Source: Gammaproteobacteria bacterium
GTDB taxonomy: Bacteria > Pseudomonadota > Gammaproteobacteria > Steroidobacterales > Steroidobacteraceae
Length of the DNA: 62,215 nt
Direction: 5' to 3'
NCBI GenBank assembly: GCA_031424095.1
Contig: JANPGU010000181.1
Span: forward strand, 1-62,215
Numbering within the stretch: position 1 is the stretch's first letter; each line of letters starts with the position of its first letter. Below are positions 28,727 through 38,198 of the stretch, piece after piece. A program made the position numbers and the translations under genes. The notes beneath the pieces are model-generated. The model had not been told where the DNA came from, made no database searches, and saw only the letters and a list, made by a program, of their open reading frames with translations.

Positions 28727-29350
28727 TCATGTCCTGGCCTGCCCGATATTTGCAGGGGCGCGATTCGCTATCAGCAGCAGCGCGCCGGCCACGAGGAACA
28801 AGGCGAACAGGATTCCCAGGCAGTAGAGCGCCACGATCTCATAGCCGCCGACCCGGGCCGGATCGAGAAACGGGTACAGGTACCAACCGGACCTGTGTCC
28901 GCGCAACAGCACATACAAAAGGTAGAGCAGGGGAAATGCGAAGCACCACTGGAAGTCCCTGGCATCAAGTCGCCTGTCCGGGGGCTCCAGCAGCCAGTCC
29001 AGCAGCAGGACGCAGGGCATGACGTAGTGCAGTAGCGCATTGTTCCAGGGCCGCATGTCACCCAGGTCTTCGTTGCGCAGGAGCAGGACAAAGACGATAC
29101 CGACGATGATCATGTTCACGGTCGAGATGTAGCGCAGCCGGGCGCCGACATACTTGCGCCGCGGCACGGTCAGCGCTCCAATCGCGCCGAACAGCAACAC
29201 CACTGCAGCCAGCAGATTCGAGAGATTCGTGAAATAGCTGAAGTAGTTCAATGCGCTGTAGCCCAGCCTGACGTGAATGCCAAACTGCCAGCCGATGACG
29301 CCCAGCGTCGCGACGGCAAGAATTCCGAGAAAAAGTTGTCTGGCTTTCAA
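28727..29350 (-). CDS. Pr6Pr-family (FAR-17a/AIG1-like) membrane protein
   Basis: Six predicted TM helices and the NYFSYFTNLSNLLAAV motif that I associate with Pr6Pr family annotations. It sits in a lower-GC pocket. Confidence 0.55.
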   Translation of the reverse strand: MKARQLFLGILAVATLGVIGWQFGIHVRLGYSALNYFSYFTNLSNLLAAVVLLFGAIGALTVPRRKYVGARLRYISTVNMIIVGIVFVLLLRNEDLGDMRPWNNALLHYVMPCVLLLDWLLEPPDRRLDARDFQWCFAFPLLYLLYVLLRGHRSGWYLYPFLDPARVGGYEIVALYCLGILFALFLVAGALLLIANRAPANIGQART

Positions 29351-29505
29351 CGGTCACCACCCTCGCGCTGTGCTCGCCTAGCCAGGATTTTGGCTGATTC
29401 CTCGGGAGACGCCAATTGCCAGGTCCTGTTTTCGCAAGGCGGCGATGCGCACCCAGTAACTTTGCGGCCAGCGGGCTGCTATTGTTGCCCGCACAATCGG
29501 ACGGG

Positions 29506-30696
29506 ATGATGGCTCTGAAGGGTATGGCTGCAATAACTACAAGAATAATGTCGGTTGTGCTGGCTGTTGCGATGCTCGGTGCCTGCAGTGATCCGGCCCC
29601 GCCCGTCCAGGCGCCGCCAACCGTTGTCGTCGCTTCGCCCCTGACCCAGCGCGTCGCGGACTGGGACGACTATTCCGGCCGCTTCGAGGCCGTGGAAACG
29701 GTGGATGTCCGGCCGCGGGTCAGTGGCGCAATCGAGTCCATACATTTCAACGATGGCGAGATGGTGAAGAAGGGCCAGTTGCTGTTCGTCATTGACGCTC
29801 GGCCCTACGCCGCCACGCTGGCGCGAGCCAGAGCAGCGGTGGCGGGTGCGCGCGCCGCGCTCGCCAATTCCGATGCGGAGCTGAAAAGGGCGCAGACATT
29901 GGTGGCTTCGCAGCTGATCAGCGCGTCGCAGGCGGAGTTGCGCGCGGCTGCCCAGCTGCAGGCGGCCGCAGGTCTCGCAGCAGCCGAAGCGGAACTCTCT
30001 ACCCACGAGCTCAATCTCTCGTTCACACGCGTCACGGCGCCGATTTCCGGCCGCGCCTCATTCCGGCGGCTGGCGGCGGGCAATATCGTGGCCGCCGATA
30101 CCACGCAGCTCACCACCATCGTCAGCGAGGACCCGATCCGCTTCCTGTTCGATGCGCCGGAGTCGGCATTGCTCAAGTACCGGCGCGAGGGCGGTGCTGG
30201 CGGGCGCAACAGCCGGGTAGAGATCCGCCTGCAGGACGAGACGGAATACCGCTGGAAGGGCCGCGTGGATTTCGTCGACAACGCGCTGGACCGCAGCTCG
30301 GGCACGATTCGCGGCCGGGCAGTGGTCGACAACCCGGACGGATTCATTTCGCCGGGCATGTTCGGTCAGATGAGATTGTTCGCCGCGGCGCCCTTCGACG
30401 CGCTGGTGCTGCCGGATGAAGCGATCGTGACGGACCAGACGCGACAGGTGGTCTACACCGTCGATGCCGACGGCATCGTCATCCAGAAAGTCGTGACGCC
30501 GGGCAGGCTCATAGATGGACTGCGGGTGATCCGGTCGGGCCTGGCTCCCTCAGATCGCGTCATCATCAGTGGTGTGCAGCGCGCGCGCGCGGGCCGCAAG
30601 GTGAAGGTCACAGCTGGCACGGTGACGGCATTCCCTTCCGGTGTGTCCCGCGGCGAGACCAGCAAACTGTCGCTGCCAGCTGGCAACGCGCGCTAG
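29506..30696 (+). CDS. RND efflux periplasmic adaptor (membrane fusion protein, AcrA/MexA family)
   Basis: Lipoprotein-like signal VLAVAMLGACS, RVSGAIESIHFNDGEMVKKGQLLFVIDARPY, a coiled-coil hairpin, then LNLSFTRVTAPISGR. The start is ambiguous among Met 29506/29509/29524/29548. Confidence 0.85.
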   Translation: MMALKGMAAITTRIMSVVLAVAMLGACSDPAPPVQAPPTVVVASPLTQRVADWDDYSGRFEAVETVDVRPRVSGAIESIHFNDGEMVKKGQLLFVIDARPYAATLARARAAVAGARAALANSDAELKRAQTLVASQLISASQAELRAAAQLQAAAGLAAAEAELSTHELNLSFTRVTAPISGRASFRRLAAGNIVAADTTQLTTIVSEDPIRFLFDAPESALLKYRREGGAGGRNSRVEIRLQDETEYRWKGRVDFVDNALDRSSGTIRGRAVVDNPDGFISPGMFGQMRLFAAAPFDALVLPDEAIVTDQTRQVVYTVDADGIVIQKVVTPGRLIDGLRVIRSGLAPSDRVIISGVQRARAGRKVKVTAGTVTAFPSGVSRGETSKLSLPAGNAR

Positions 30697-30704
30697 CTTC
30701 GGCC

Positions 30705-33700
30705 ATGCGTCTCTCGCATTTCTTCATCGACCGGCCGATCTTCGCAGCGGCGGTCTCTGTCGTCATCACGCTGACCGGCCTGATCGCGTGGCTTACTTTG
30801 CCGGTGGACCAGTATCCACAGATCGCACCGCCCACCGTTTCGGTGAGCGCGGTGTATCCGGGAGCGACGGCGGAGGAGATCGCTGAAAGCGTGGCGGCGC
30901 CGCTCGAGCAGCAGATCAACGGCATCCAGAACATGCTGTACATGTCTTCGTCTTCCACCGGCGAAGGACGCATGTCGATCACGGTGACGTTCAAGGCGGG
31001 CACCAGCGTCGATATCGCACAGGTAGAGGTGCAGAACCGCATCCAGACGGTGCTGCCGCAATTGCCGCAGGAAGTGCGCGATCTGGGCATCACGGTGCGC
31101 AAGGGTACAAACGACACGCTGCTGATCGTGCACATGTTCACTTCCGATGGCAGCGTCGACCGCAAGTACATTGCGAATTACGCCAGCCTGCAGGTGCGAG
31201 AGCGTTTGCTGCGCACACCGGGTGTTGGCGACGTGAACACCAACGCGGCGCGCGACTACGCGATGCGCGTCTGGATCGATCCGGAGAAAGCCGCGAGTCG
31301 CGACCTCACCGTGCAGGAAGTCGTGGCGGCGCTGCGCAACAACAACCTGCAGGTGGCCGGTGGTGCGATCGGCGGGCCGCCATTCAATGACTCACCGGCT
31401 GCCTACCAGCTCAATGTGCGCGCGCAGGGGCGACTCTCATCGCCGGAAGAATTCGAGCAGGCCATCATCAAGCGCGATGCGCAGGGGCGCCTGACGCGGA
31501 TCGTGGATGTGGCCCGTGTGGAGCTGGGCGCGCAGAACTACGCAATCAACGCCTACAAGGACGCCGAGCCCGCGGTGTCGCTGAGCGTGAGCCAGGCGCC
31601 GAACTCCAATGCCATCGAGACCTGGAGCAACATTCGCCAGACGATGGAGGAGCTGAAGAAGGAGTTCCCGCCCGGCGTGGCCTATGAAATCATCTTCGAT
31701 CCCGTGTCGTTCACGGCGGCCGCCGTCGAAGCCGTGCAGAGTACGCTGCTGGAAGCGATGCTGCTCGCCGTGATCGTGGTGATGATATTCCTGCAGCGCT
31801 GGCGCACGGCGCTGATTCCGCTGCTGGCCATTCCGGTCTCGCTGATCGGAACCCTGGCGGTGATGTCCGTCTTCGGTTTCTCGCTGAACAATCTGTCGAT
31901 GTTCGCGCTGGTGCTGTCGATCGGCATCGTGGTGGACGATGCCATCGTGGTGGTGGAAAACGTCGAGCGACACCTGCGCGCCGGCATGACACCCAAGGAT
32001 GCTGCGCACCTGACGATGGATGAGGTCGGCGGCGCGCTGATCGGCATCGCGCTGGTGCTGATTGCGGTGTTCGTCCCCACCGCATTCATGGGCGGCATCG
32101 CCGGCCAGTTTTACAAGCAATTCGCCCTGACAATCGCTTCGGCGACGGTGATCTCGCTGCTGGTTTCGCTGACTCTGTCACCGGCGCTGGCTGCGAAACT
32201 GCTGAAGCCCCATGACGAGACCAACGCGGGCACCACGGCAATCGGCCGGCGTCTGCACGCTGTCGGCGAGGTGCTCAACCGCTGGATGGAGCAGATGTCG
32301 CAGAGTTACGGCCGTGGCACGGCGGTGCTCCTGCGCCGTGGCATGCTCGTCGGCGTCCTGTTCATCGGCCTCGTTGTACTGACGGGCTGGCGTGTTTTCG
32401 ATACGCCGCGCGGCTTCATACCGGTGCAGGACCAGAACAATGTCGCGGTGTCGATCACGATGCCGCCAGGCACCAGCCTGGCGCGCACCGATGCCATCGT
32501 GCAGCAGGCGATTCCGATCATCCTCAACACACCCGGCGTGCGGCATGCATCGGTGTATTCCGGCATGGATGGCAGCACCTTCAGCAACGCCACCAACTCC
32601 GGGCAGATTTGGGCGATCTTCGATCCCTTCGACGAACGGCTGCCAAAGGGGCAGACCGCCACGACCATCGCCGCCGAACTGCGCAAGCGCCTGGCCGTGA
32701 TCACGGCCGGCGACATCCGCATATCGATGCCGGCTTCAGTGCGCGGCCTGGGATCGACAGGCGGATTCCGCATGATGGTGGAGGATCGCGGCGGGCTGGG
32801 CTATCGCGCGCTGGAGGAGGCTGTCAACAATCTGGTGGAAGCCGCGATTGCAGATCCCGCCATCGGCCAGGCATTCACGAATTTCAACACGCGCAATCCT
32901 TCGCTCAATGCCGTGGTCGATCGTGACAAGGCAGAGATGCTCGGCGTGCCCGCGCGCAATGTCTACGCCACGCTGCAGACCTATCTCGCCGGCAGCTATG
33001 TCAACAACATCAACCTGCTCGGCCATACTTTCCAGGTCATTGCGCAGGGCGACGCCGCATGGCGGCAGGACCAGAACTGGATCGGCAGCCTGAAGACCCG
33101 TTCGACTTCAGGCGCCATGGTGCCGATCGACGCGGTGGCCACGCTGCACCCGGTGACCGCACCCCAGCGCGTGCTGCGCTACAACCTCTATCCCTCCGCC
33201 GACCTGAGCGGCGATACCGCGCCGGGGTTCTCGTCTGGTGAAGCGCTGGCTGCAATGGAGCGGCTGGCACGCGAGCAGTTGCCATCGGGCATGAGCTTCG
33301 AGTGGACCGACATGGCCTACCAGCAGCAGACCTCGGGCGACGCCAGCAACCTGGCCTTCGCGCTGGCGGTGGTGTTCGTGTTCATCTTCCTCGCGGCGCT
33401 GTATGAAAGCCTGACACTGCCGCTGGCCGTCATCCTCATCGTGCCGATGTGCCTGCTCGCCGCGCTGCTGGGCGTGAACATGCTGGGCCTGGACAACAAC
33501 ATCCTCACGCAGATCGGCATGGTGGTGCTGGTGGGCCTGGCGGCGAAGAACGCCATTCTCATCGTGGAGTTTGCGCGCCAGGCCGAGGAGCACGGTGCAA
33601 CGCCCGTACAGGCCGCCATTGATGCGGCGCGCACCCGACTGCGACCGATCCTGATGACCTCCGCCGCCTTCATCTTCGGCGTCATTCCGCTGGCATTCGG

Positions 33701-33899
33701 CAGCGGGCCTGGCTCGGAGCTGCGCCAGGCGCTGGGTGTTCCGGTCTTCTACGGCATGATCGGCGTGACGGCTTTCGGGCTGGTGTTCACGCCGGTGTTC
33801 TATATCTTCTGCCGTGCGCTGGCAGCGCGGTTCACGCGCGAAACCAAGGTGCCGCGCGTGCGAATCGTCGCTGGATCGCTCCCAGATCAGCGCGGATAG
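30705..33899 (+). CDS. RND multidrug efflux permease (HAE1, AcrB/MexB family)
   Basis: 1064 aa. MRLSHFFIDRPIFAAAVSVVITLTG, 12 TM helices with two large loops, and VVDDAIVVVENVERH. No outer-membrane factor or regulator gene is adjacent. Confidence 0.92.
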   Translation: MRLSHFFIDRPIFAAAVSVVITLTGLIAWLTLPVDQYPQIAPPTVSVSAVYPGATAEEIAESVAAPLEQQINGIQNMLYMSSSSTGEGRMSITVTFKAGTSVDIAQVEVQNRIQTVLPQLPQEVRDLGITVRKGTNDTLLIVHMFTSDGSVDRKYIANYASLQVRERLLRTPGVGDVNTNAARDYAMRVWIDPEKAASRDLTVQEVVAALRNNNLQVAGGAIGGPPFNDSPAAYQLNVRAQGRLSSPEEFEQAIIKRDAQGRLTRIVDVARVELGAQNYAINAYKDAEPAVSLSVSQAPNSNAIETWSNIRQTMEELKKEFPPGVAYEIIFDPVSFTAAAVEAVQSTLLEAMLLAVIVVMIFLQRWRTALIPLLAIPVSLIGTLAVMSVFGFSLNNLSMFALVLSIGIVVDDAIVVVENVERHLRAGMTPKDAAHLTMDEVGGALIGIALVLIAVFVPTAFMGGIAGQFYKQFALTIASATVISLLVSLTLSPALAAKLLKPHDETNAGTTAIGRRLHAVGEVLNRWMEQMSQSYGRGTAVLLRRGMLVGVLFIGLVVLTGWRVFDTPRGFIPVQDQNNVAVSITMPPGTSLARTDAIVQQAIPIILNTPGVRHASVYSGMDGSTFSNATNSGQIWAIFDPFDERLPKGQTATTIAAELRKRLAVITAGDIRISMPASVRGLGSTGGFRMMVEDRGGLGYRALEEAVNNLVEAAIADPAIGQAFTNFNTRNPSLNAVVDRDKAEMLGVPARNVYATLQTYLAGSYVNNINLLGHTFQVIAQGDAAWRQDQNWIGSLKTRSTSGAMVPIDAVATLHPVTAPQRVLRYNLYPSADLSGDTAPGFSSGEALAAMERLAREQLPSGMSFEWTDMAYQQQTSGDASNLAFALAVVFVFIFLAALYESLTLPLAVILIVPMCLLAALLGVNMLGLDNNILTQIGMVVLVGLAAKNAILIVEFARQAEEHGATPVQAAIDAARTRLRPILMTSAAFIFGVIPLAFGSGPGSELRQALGVPVFYGMIGVTAFGLVFTPVFYIFCRALAARFTRETKVPRVRIVAGSLPDQRG

Positions 33900-35365
33900 A
33901 ACACCGGCAGCTTGGCGTCGACGTTGATCCACACCGACTTCGGCTCGGTGTATTCATGCATTGCGAAGTGCCCCATCTCGCGACCGTAACCCGAGTCCTT
34001 GATACCGCCGAACGGTGAGCCCGGGTGAAAACGCTTGTAGCAGTTGACCCAGACCATGCCCGCTTCCATGTTCCGTGCCATCACATGGGCACGTTGCAGG
34101 TTGCTGGTCCACAGACCGCCACCCAGGCCATAGACGGTGTTGTTGGCCATCGCGAGTACTTCGGCATCGTCCTTGAACGTCGAGACCGTAACGAAGGGGC
34201 CGAACACTTCTTCCTGGCATACGCGGTCGCCCAGCTTCGCGCGCACCACGGTGGGCTCGACAAAACAACCTGCCTGCAATCCGGCTGCGGTCGGAGCTTT
34301 GCCACCCAGCAGGATCTCGCCGCCTTCGTCCTTGGCCACCTTGCAGAAATTAAGCACCCGCTCCTGGTGCATTTTCGATGTCAGCGGACCCATCTCGGTG
34401 TTCGGATCGAGCGGATCGCCCAGCCGGATCGATGCAGCCAGTTTCAGGAAATGCTCGAGAAAGCGGTCCGCAATCCTTTCCTGCAGCAGCAGGCGCGAAC
34501 CGGCAATGCAGGCCTGCCCCTGATTGTGAAAGATTGCGAACGCTGAACCGTTGACCGCGTTGGTGAGGTCGGCATCGTCGAACACGATGTTGGCGCCTTT
34601 GCCACCGAGTTCCAGCTGCACGCGTTTGAGATTGCCTGCCGAGGCCTGCACGATCTTGCGGCCAGTCGCAGTCGAACCGGTGAACGAAATCTTGTCGACA
34701 CCCTTGTGCTCGGCCAGGTACTGCCCGGCGATGTGGCCGAAACCCGGCACCACGTTGATGACACCCGGTGGGAAGCCGACTTCGCGCGCCAGTTCGGCGA
34801 CGCGCAGTGTCGACAGCGGCGTCAGCTCGGCCTGTTTCATCACGACGCAGTTGCCGGCTGCCAACGCAGGACCGAGTTTCCAGCTGGTGAACATCAGCGG
34901 AAAATTCCAGGGCACCACCTGTCCAACCACCCCTACCGGCACGCGCGTCACGTAGTTCAGGAAGCCGGTGTCGACGGGGATCACCGTGCCTTCGTTCTTG
35001 TCCGGCATGCCGGCGAAGTAGCGGAAAGTGGCGACCGTGCGCATCACGTCCAGATTGCGGGTGTCGCGAATCGGGTGGCCGGTGTCGAGCGTCTCGATCA
35101 GTGACAGGTTGTCACGGTCCTTCTCGATCGCATCGGCGAGTTTGCCGATCAGCACGCCCCGATCCGAAGGTGACATCGCCGCCCACGCCGGAAACGCCTT
35201 GCGCGCGGCGGCGACGGCACGATCAATGTCCGCATGCTTCGCCTCGGCAACCTTCGCCAGCAGCGAGTTGTCGAACGGGTTGAACACATCGAATGTGGCG
35301 CCATCCTGTGCGTCGACGAATTCATTGTTGATGAAGAGCTGGGTCTGGAATTGGGGCCTGGTCAT
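33887..35365 (-). CDS. NAD(P)+-dependent aldehyde dehydrogenase (candidate 4-hydroxymuconic semialdehyde dehydrogenase by context)
   Basis: ALDH signatures VQLELGGKG, FHNQGQACIAGSR and PFGGIKDSGYGRE. Its 3' end overlaps the convergent RND gene by 13 nt. Confidence 0.88.
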   Translation of the reverse strand: MTRPQFQTQLFINNEFVDAQDGATFDVFNPFDNSLLAKVAEAKHADIDRAVAAARKAFPAWAAMSPSDRGVLIGKLADAIEKDRDNLSLIETLDTGHPIRDTRNLDVMRTVATFRYFAGMPDKNEGTVIPVDTGFLNYVTRVPVGVVGQVVPWNFPLMFTSWKLGPALAAGNCVVMKQAELTPLSTLRVAELAREVGFPPGVINVVPGFGHIAGQYLAEHKGVDKISFTGSTATGRKIVQASAGNLKRVQLELGGKGANIVFDDADLTNAVNGSAFAIFHNQGQACIAGSRLLLQERIADRFLEHFLKLAASIRLGDPLDPNTEMGPLTSKMHQERVLNFCKVAKDEGGEILLGGKAPTAAGLQAGCFVEPTVVRAKLGDRVCQEEVFGPFVTVSTFKDDAEVLAMANNTVYGLGGGLWTSNLQRAHVMARNMEAGMVWVNCYKRFHPGSPFGGIKDSGYGREMGHFAMHEYTEPKSVWINVDAKLPVFYPR

Positions 35366-35452
35366 CGAAAGCTCCTAAAGAAAAACCCGGCAGCACTTGC
35401 GCACCGCCGGGTTCCATAACTGCAAGACTTGAAAACTCGAGCGGCTGCGGCT

Positions 35453-36460
35453 TTACTTCCAGCGGGACGCGGTGATCGGGAACAGCTCCAGCTCACCCTT
35501 GGCGTAGCGCTGCTCGAGGCCCGGCGTGCCGTTCTCGAGCACCATCAGCATCGAACGCTTCGGTGCAAACCCCTGGTGACGGATGTCTGCCGGCATCGCA
35601 CAGACGTCGCCGGATTTCATCACGATGCGGCCGCGCGGGTTGCCGGTGCTCTTGTCCTGGATGTTCCAGTGGATCTCATCGCTCAACTGGATGAACCACT
35701 CATTGCGATCGTTGCCGTGGATCACCGGCAGCATGTGCTCTTCGCTGGTCACGCAGCAGATGCACGCGCCGGTGATCGACGTGAACGACGGGTTCCACGT
35801 GATGTCCGCGCGGGCGATGTGGTCGTACAGATTGAAGGCATGGATCTGTCCTTCGAATCCGGCCTCCGGCTCGATGACCGGCTGGTCGACCTTCACGTCG
35901 GCGAAGGCGCGATTTACCGGGTGACCGCTCGCGTCCGAACGCGGTGTGACGTCGCCTGGCAGGCCCATCATGCGACGGGCGGGATCGAAGCCGCGCAGCA
36001 GCGGGCCCTTGGCTTCCTTGGTCTTCGCACCCAGCGGCGAGCCGGTTTCCATCGGTGCACGCAGCGGGTCGTAGCCCTCGTTGATCCAGTTCACCGAAAT
36101 GGTTTCGAACGCCAGCCGCACGTCGTCGGTGTTGAAGGTTTCGAGGAAGTCGACCTTGGTGTCGCGGTGACCCTTGCTGTACGTGCCGGCGAAGATGTCG
36201 ACCGTGCCGTAGTGGTTCTGCGTACCGAAGACATCGTCGAAGAAGATCCAGCCGTAGAAGAATCCCCAGCCGATGTCGCGCACCATCGCGCGCAGGAAGC
36301 GATCCACCTCGATCGTGTGCATGCCCTTTGGCCAGCGCACGTGGACGAAGTAGGCGTCACGCTCGAACGTGAAACTGCCAAACTGGAATTTCTTGTAGCC
36401 CAGGACCGGATCCGGTGCGGAAGCGATGACCTGGACTTTCTCGATGAGTGCAGCGTTCAT
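35453..36460 (-). CDS. Large (catalytic, cupin) subunit of a two-subunit hydroquinone 1,2-dioxygenase-type enzyme (HapD/PnpD-like)
   Basis: 335 aa from ATG 36460 (RBS GAAGGAAACATC). A C-terminal cupin carries H-G-N-D-R-N-E, with a His 41 residues after the Glu (ADIRHQG). As I recall, this spacing matches the Fe ligands of PnpD. A 163-aa partner lies upstream and an ALDH downstream. Confidence 0.55.
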   Translation of the reverse strand: MNAALIEKVQVIASAPDPVLGYKKFQFGSFTFERDAYFVHVRWPKGMHTIEVDRFLRAMVRDIGWGFFYGWIFFDDVFGTQNHYGTVDIFAGTYSKGHRDTKVDFLETFNTDDVRLAFETISVNWINEGYDPLRAPMETGSPLGAKTKEAKGPLLRGFDPARRMMGLPGDVTPRSDASGHPVNRAFADVKVDQPVIEPEAGFEGQIHAFNLYDHIARADITWNPSFTSITGACICCVTSEEHMLPVIHGNDRNEWFIQLSDEIHWNIQDKSTGNPRGRIVMKSGDVCAMPADIRHQGFAPKRSMLMVLENGTPGLEQRYAKGELELFPITASRWK

Positions 36461-36474
36461 GATGTTTCCTTCGC

Positions 36475-36966
36475 TTATTTCAGCACGCAGATGTCGGACC
36501 ACTTCTCGACGCTTTCGGGGCCGGCCGAGGTCTGGATGAGTGTCACGGATGCATTGGCGGCTTTCAGCTGATAGGCGCTGCCGGTGGGTAGCAGCACCTG
36601 ATGGCCGCGCCGCGCAATGACGCGTCCCATGCGCTTGCCCTTCGGGTCGGCCTTCAGTCGCGCGGCGCCGGCCTTGTGCGTGGGCTTCTCTGCGTCGGTG
36701 AGCTGGAAGAACGTGAATTCGATTTCGCCGTCCATCACGGTGGCAAACTCGTCATGCGGCGCGGTGTACCAGGGCGACGTGCCTTCGGCTCGCACCGCCT
36801 CGGCGGCGTATTCGAGATTCGATGCCACCATCACCCGTTCATAGGGTTTGCTCTTGGAGCAGACTTCGAAAATGTTGGAAAAGGCGTAGTGCTTGAGATC
36901 GTCGTTGAGCTCGATCGTGCCTTTGTCATATGACGCCAGCGACGCCAATTTGGTCTTGAAGCTCAT
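36475..36966 (-). CDS. Small subunit of the two-subunit hydroquinone dioxygenase-type enzyme (HapC/PnpC-like)
   Basis: 163 aa, immediately upstream of the large subunit (14-nt gap). The size and pairing match the ~18 kDa plus ~38 kDa architecture. The sequence itself is recognised only weakly. Confidence 0.5.
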   Translation of the reverse strand: MSFKTKLASLASYDKGTIELNDDLKHYAFSNIFEVCSKSKPYERVMVASNLEYAAEAVRAEGTSPWYTAPHDEFATVMDGEIEFTFFQLTDAEKPTHKAGAARLKADPKGKRMGRVIARRGHQVLLPTGSAYQLKAANASVTLIQTSAGPESVEKWSDICVLK

Positions 36967-37148
36967 GCCATGCCCCCCCTGTTCGCAAGAATGATGCTGC
37001 CAGAGGCCGCGTGAGCGCCTCTGTTACTGGACTGCCCGCAGCTCATCGGCTGATTCGACCATTGATGATAGGGAATGGCTACGGGCTAATCAAGGCGCTC
37101 TACGTTGCTGAAATCGTTGGGAAATTCGCCTGACGGAGCTCGCTGCAG

Positions 37149-37457
37149 CTAAGCCTTCTTTACGCCGATGATCGCCACGTTGCGCACGGGATCATCCAGC
37201 CCTTTGGGCGCCGATCCAAATGCACCGGCGCGAACGTCGTCGAGGAATCGCGCGGACCATGTGGTCGCTCCCGACACGGGATATACCTTCTGCCTGCCGC
37301 TTTCCGTGTTCTGGACGATCACGTCCGTGACTGGGGGTTCGACATCCGAACCGAGCTTCTTGTCCGGGACATGGTCGAAGGAAAATATCGCCGCCTTGTA
37401 GCCGAGTCGAAGCAGTTCTTCCTCGGCGCACTCGACATCACCTTTTTTCTGGGACAT
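37149..37457 (-). CDS. Hypothetical small protein (102 aa)
   Basis: Protein-like composition in a lower-GC stretch. I recognise no family. Confidence 0.4.
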   Translation of the reverse strand: MSQKKGDVECAEEELLRLGYKAAIFSFDHVPDKKLGSDVEPPVTDVIVQNTESGRQKVYPVSGATTWSARFLDDVRAGAFGSAPKGLDDPVRNVAIIGVKKA

Positions 37458-37728
37458 GGCTCACCTCGTTTGCAATGACCCATCCTCGCGGACTGAAGCC
37501 CGTGTCGAAACGTCGCGAAGTGCGCAGCCAACGTAGGACAGAGCCTACGGTCGCAAGCCGAGTCGGTGCTTCCTCCTGCTAGGCGTCGCCAGACCCTGCT
37601 ACTTCTCCAAGTGTGTTCAGATCAAGAGGCGGATGATGGTTTGTACGGACACTTGCGGTTCGCATATTGTTAGATTGCCGCGTGCAACCGTGTACTGGCG
37701 AGATGGGCGACAAACCGGGAGACCAGAC

Positions 37729-38049
37729 ATGATCAAGGTAAGCGTGATGTACGCGAACAACCCTGGGGCTCGATTCGATCATACGTACTACCGCGACAAA
37801 CATATGCCGATGGTAAAAGCGCGCATGGGTGATTCATGCCGGTTTTACACCGTCGACAGGGGGCTGGCAGGCGGGGCGCCCGGCGAGCCTGCGACGTACA
37901 TCGCCATGTGCCATCTCTACAGCGACTCGGTCGAGTCGTTTCAGGGTGGATTTGGGCCGCACGCGGCAGAGATCCTGGCTGACATTCCGAACTACACCGA
38001 CCTGGCTCCGATCCTGCAGATCAGCGAGGTTGTGGTCGGGCAAGCGTAG
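37729..38049 (+). CDS. EthD-family reductase (TIGR02118-like)
   Basis: MIKVSVMYANNPGARFDHTYYRDKHMPMVKARMG...GLAGGAPGEPATYIAMCHLYSDSVESFQGGFGPHAAEILADIPNYT matches the EthD family closely. I trimmed the start to ATG 37729. Confidence 0.75.
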   Translation: MIKVSVMYANNPGARFDHTYYRDKHMPMVKARMGDSCRFYTVDRGLAGGAPGEPATYIAMCHLYSDSVESFQGGFGPHAAEILADIPNYTDLAPILQISEVVVGQA

Positions 38050-38198
38050 ACCTGCAACTGGGCCAGGTGGCGCTACTTGCGCGCCAGTTCTTGCCATTGA
38101 CTGCAACTTCGTCAAGCTCGCTGCCAGACTCGCCTGCCGCCGCCGCGCTGACTGTCAGCGCCAGGCCGCAAAGCATCAACAGCAGGCTCTTGCCACTT

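Noticed and set aside
36995-37020. Hairpin CAGAGGC-N7-GCCTCTG, upstream of the dioxygenase small-subunit gene and downstream of the 102-aa gene.
   Set aside because: The 7-bp stem is perfect, but there is no T-tract on the transcribed (minus) strand. Support for a terminator or attenuator is insufficient.
38050-38198. Minus-strand ~51-aa ORF with a signal-peptide-like start (MLCGLALTVSAAAAG...) between the HD and EthD genes.
   Set aside because: It has no RBS, its hydrophobic region is short, and its 3' end runs antisense into the EthD coding region.
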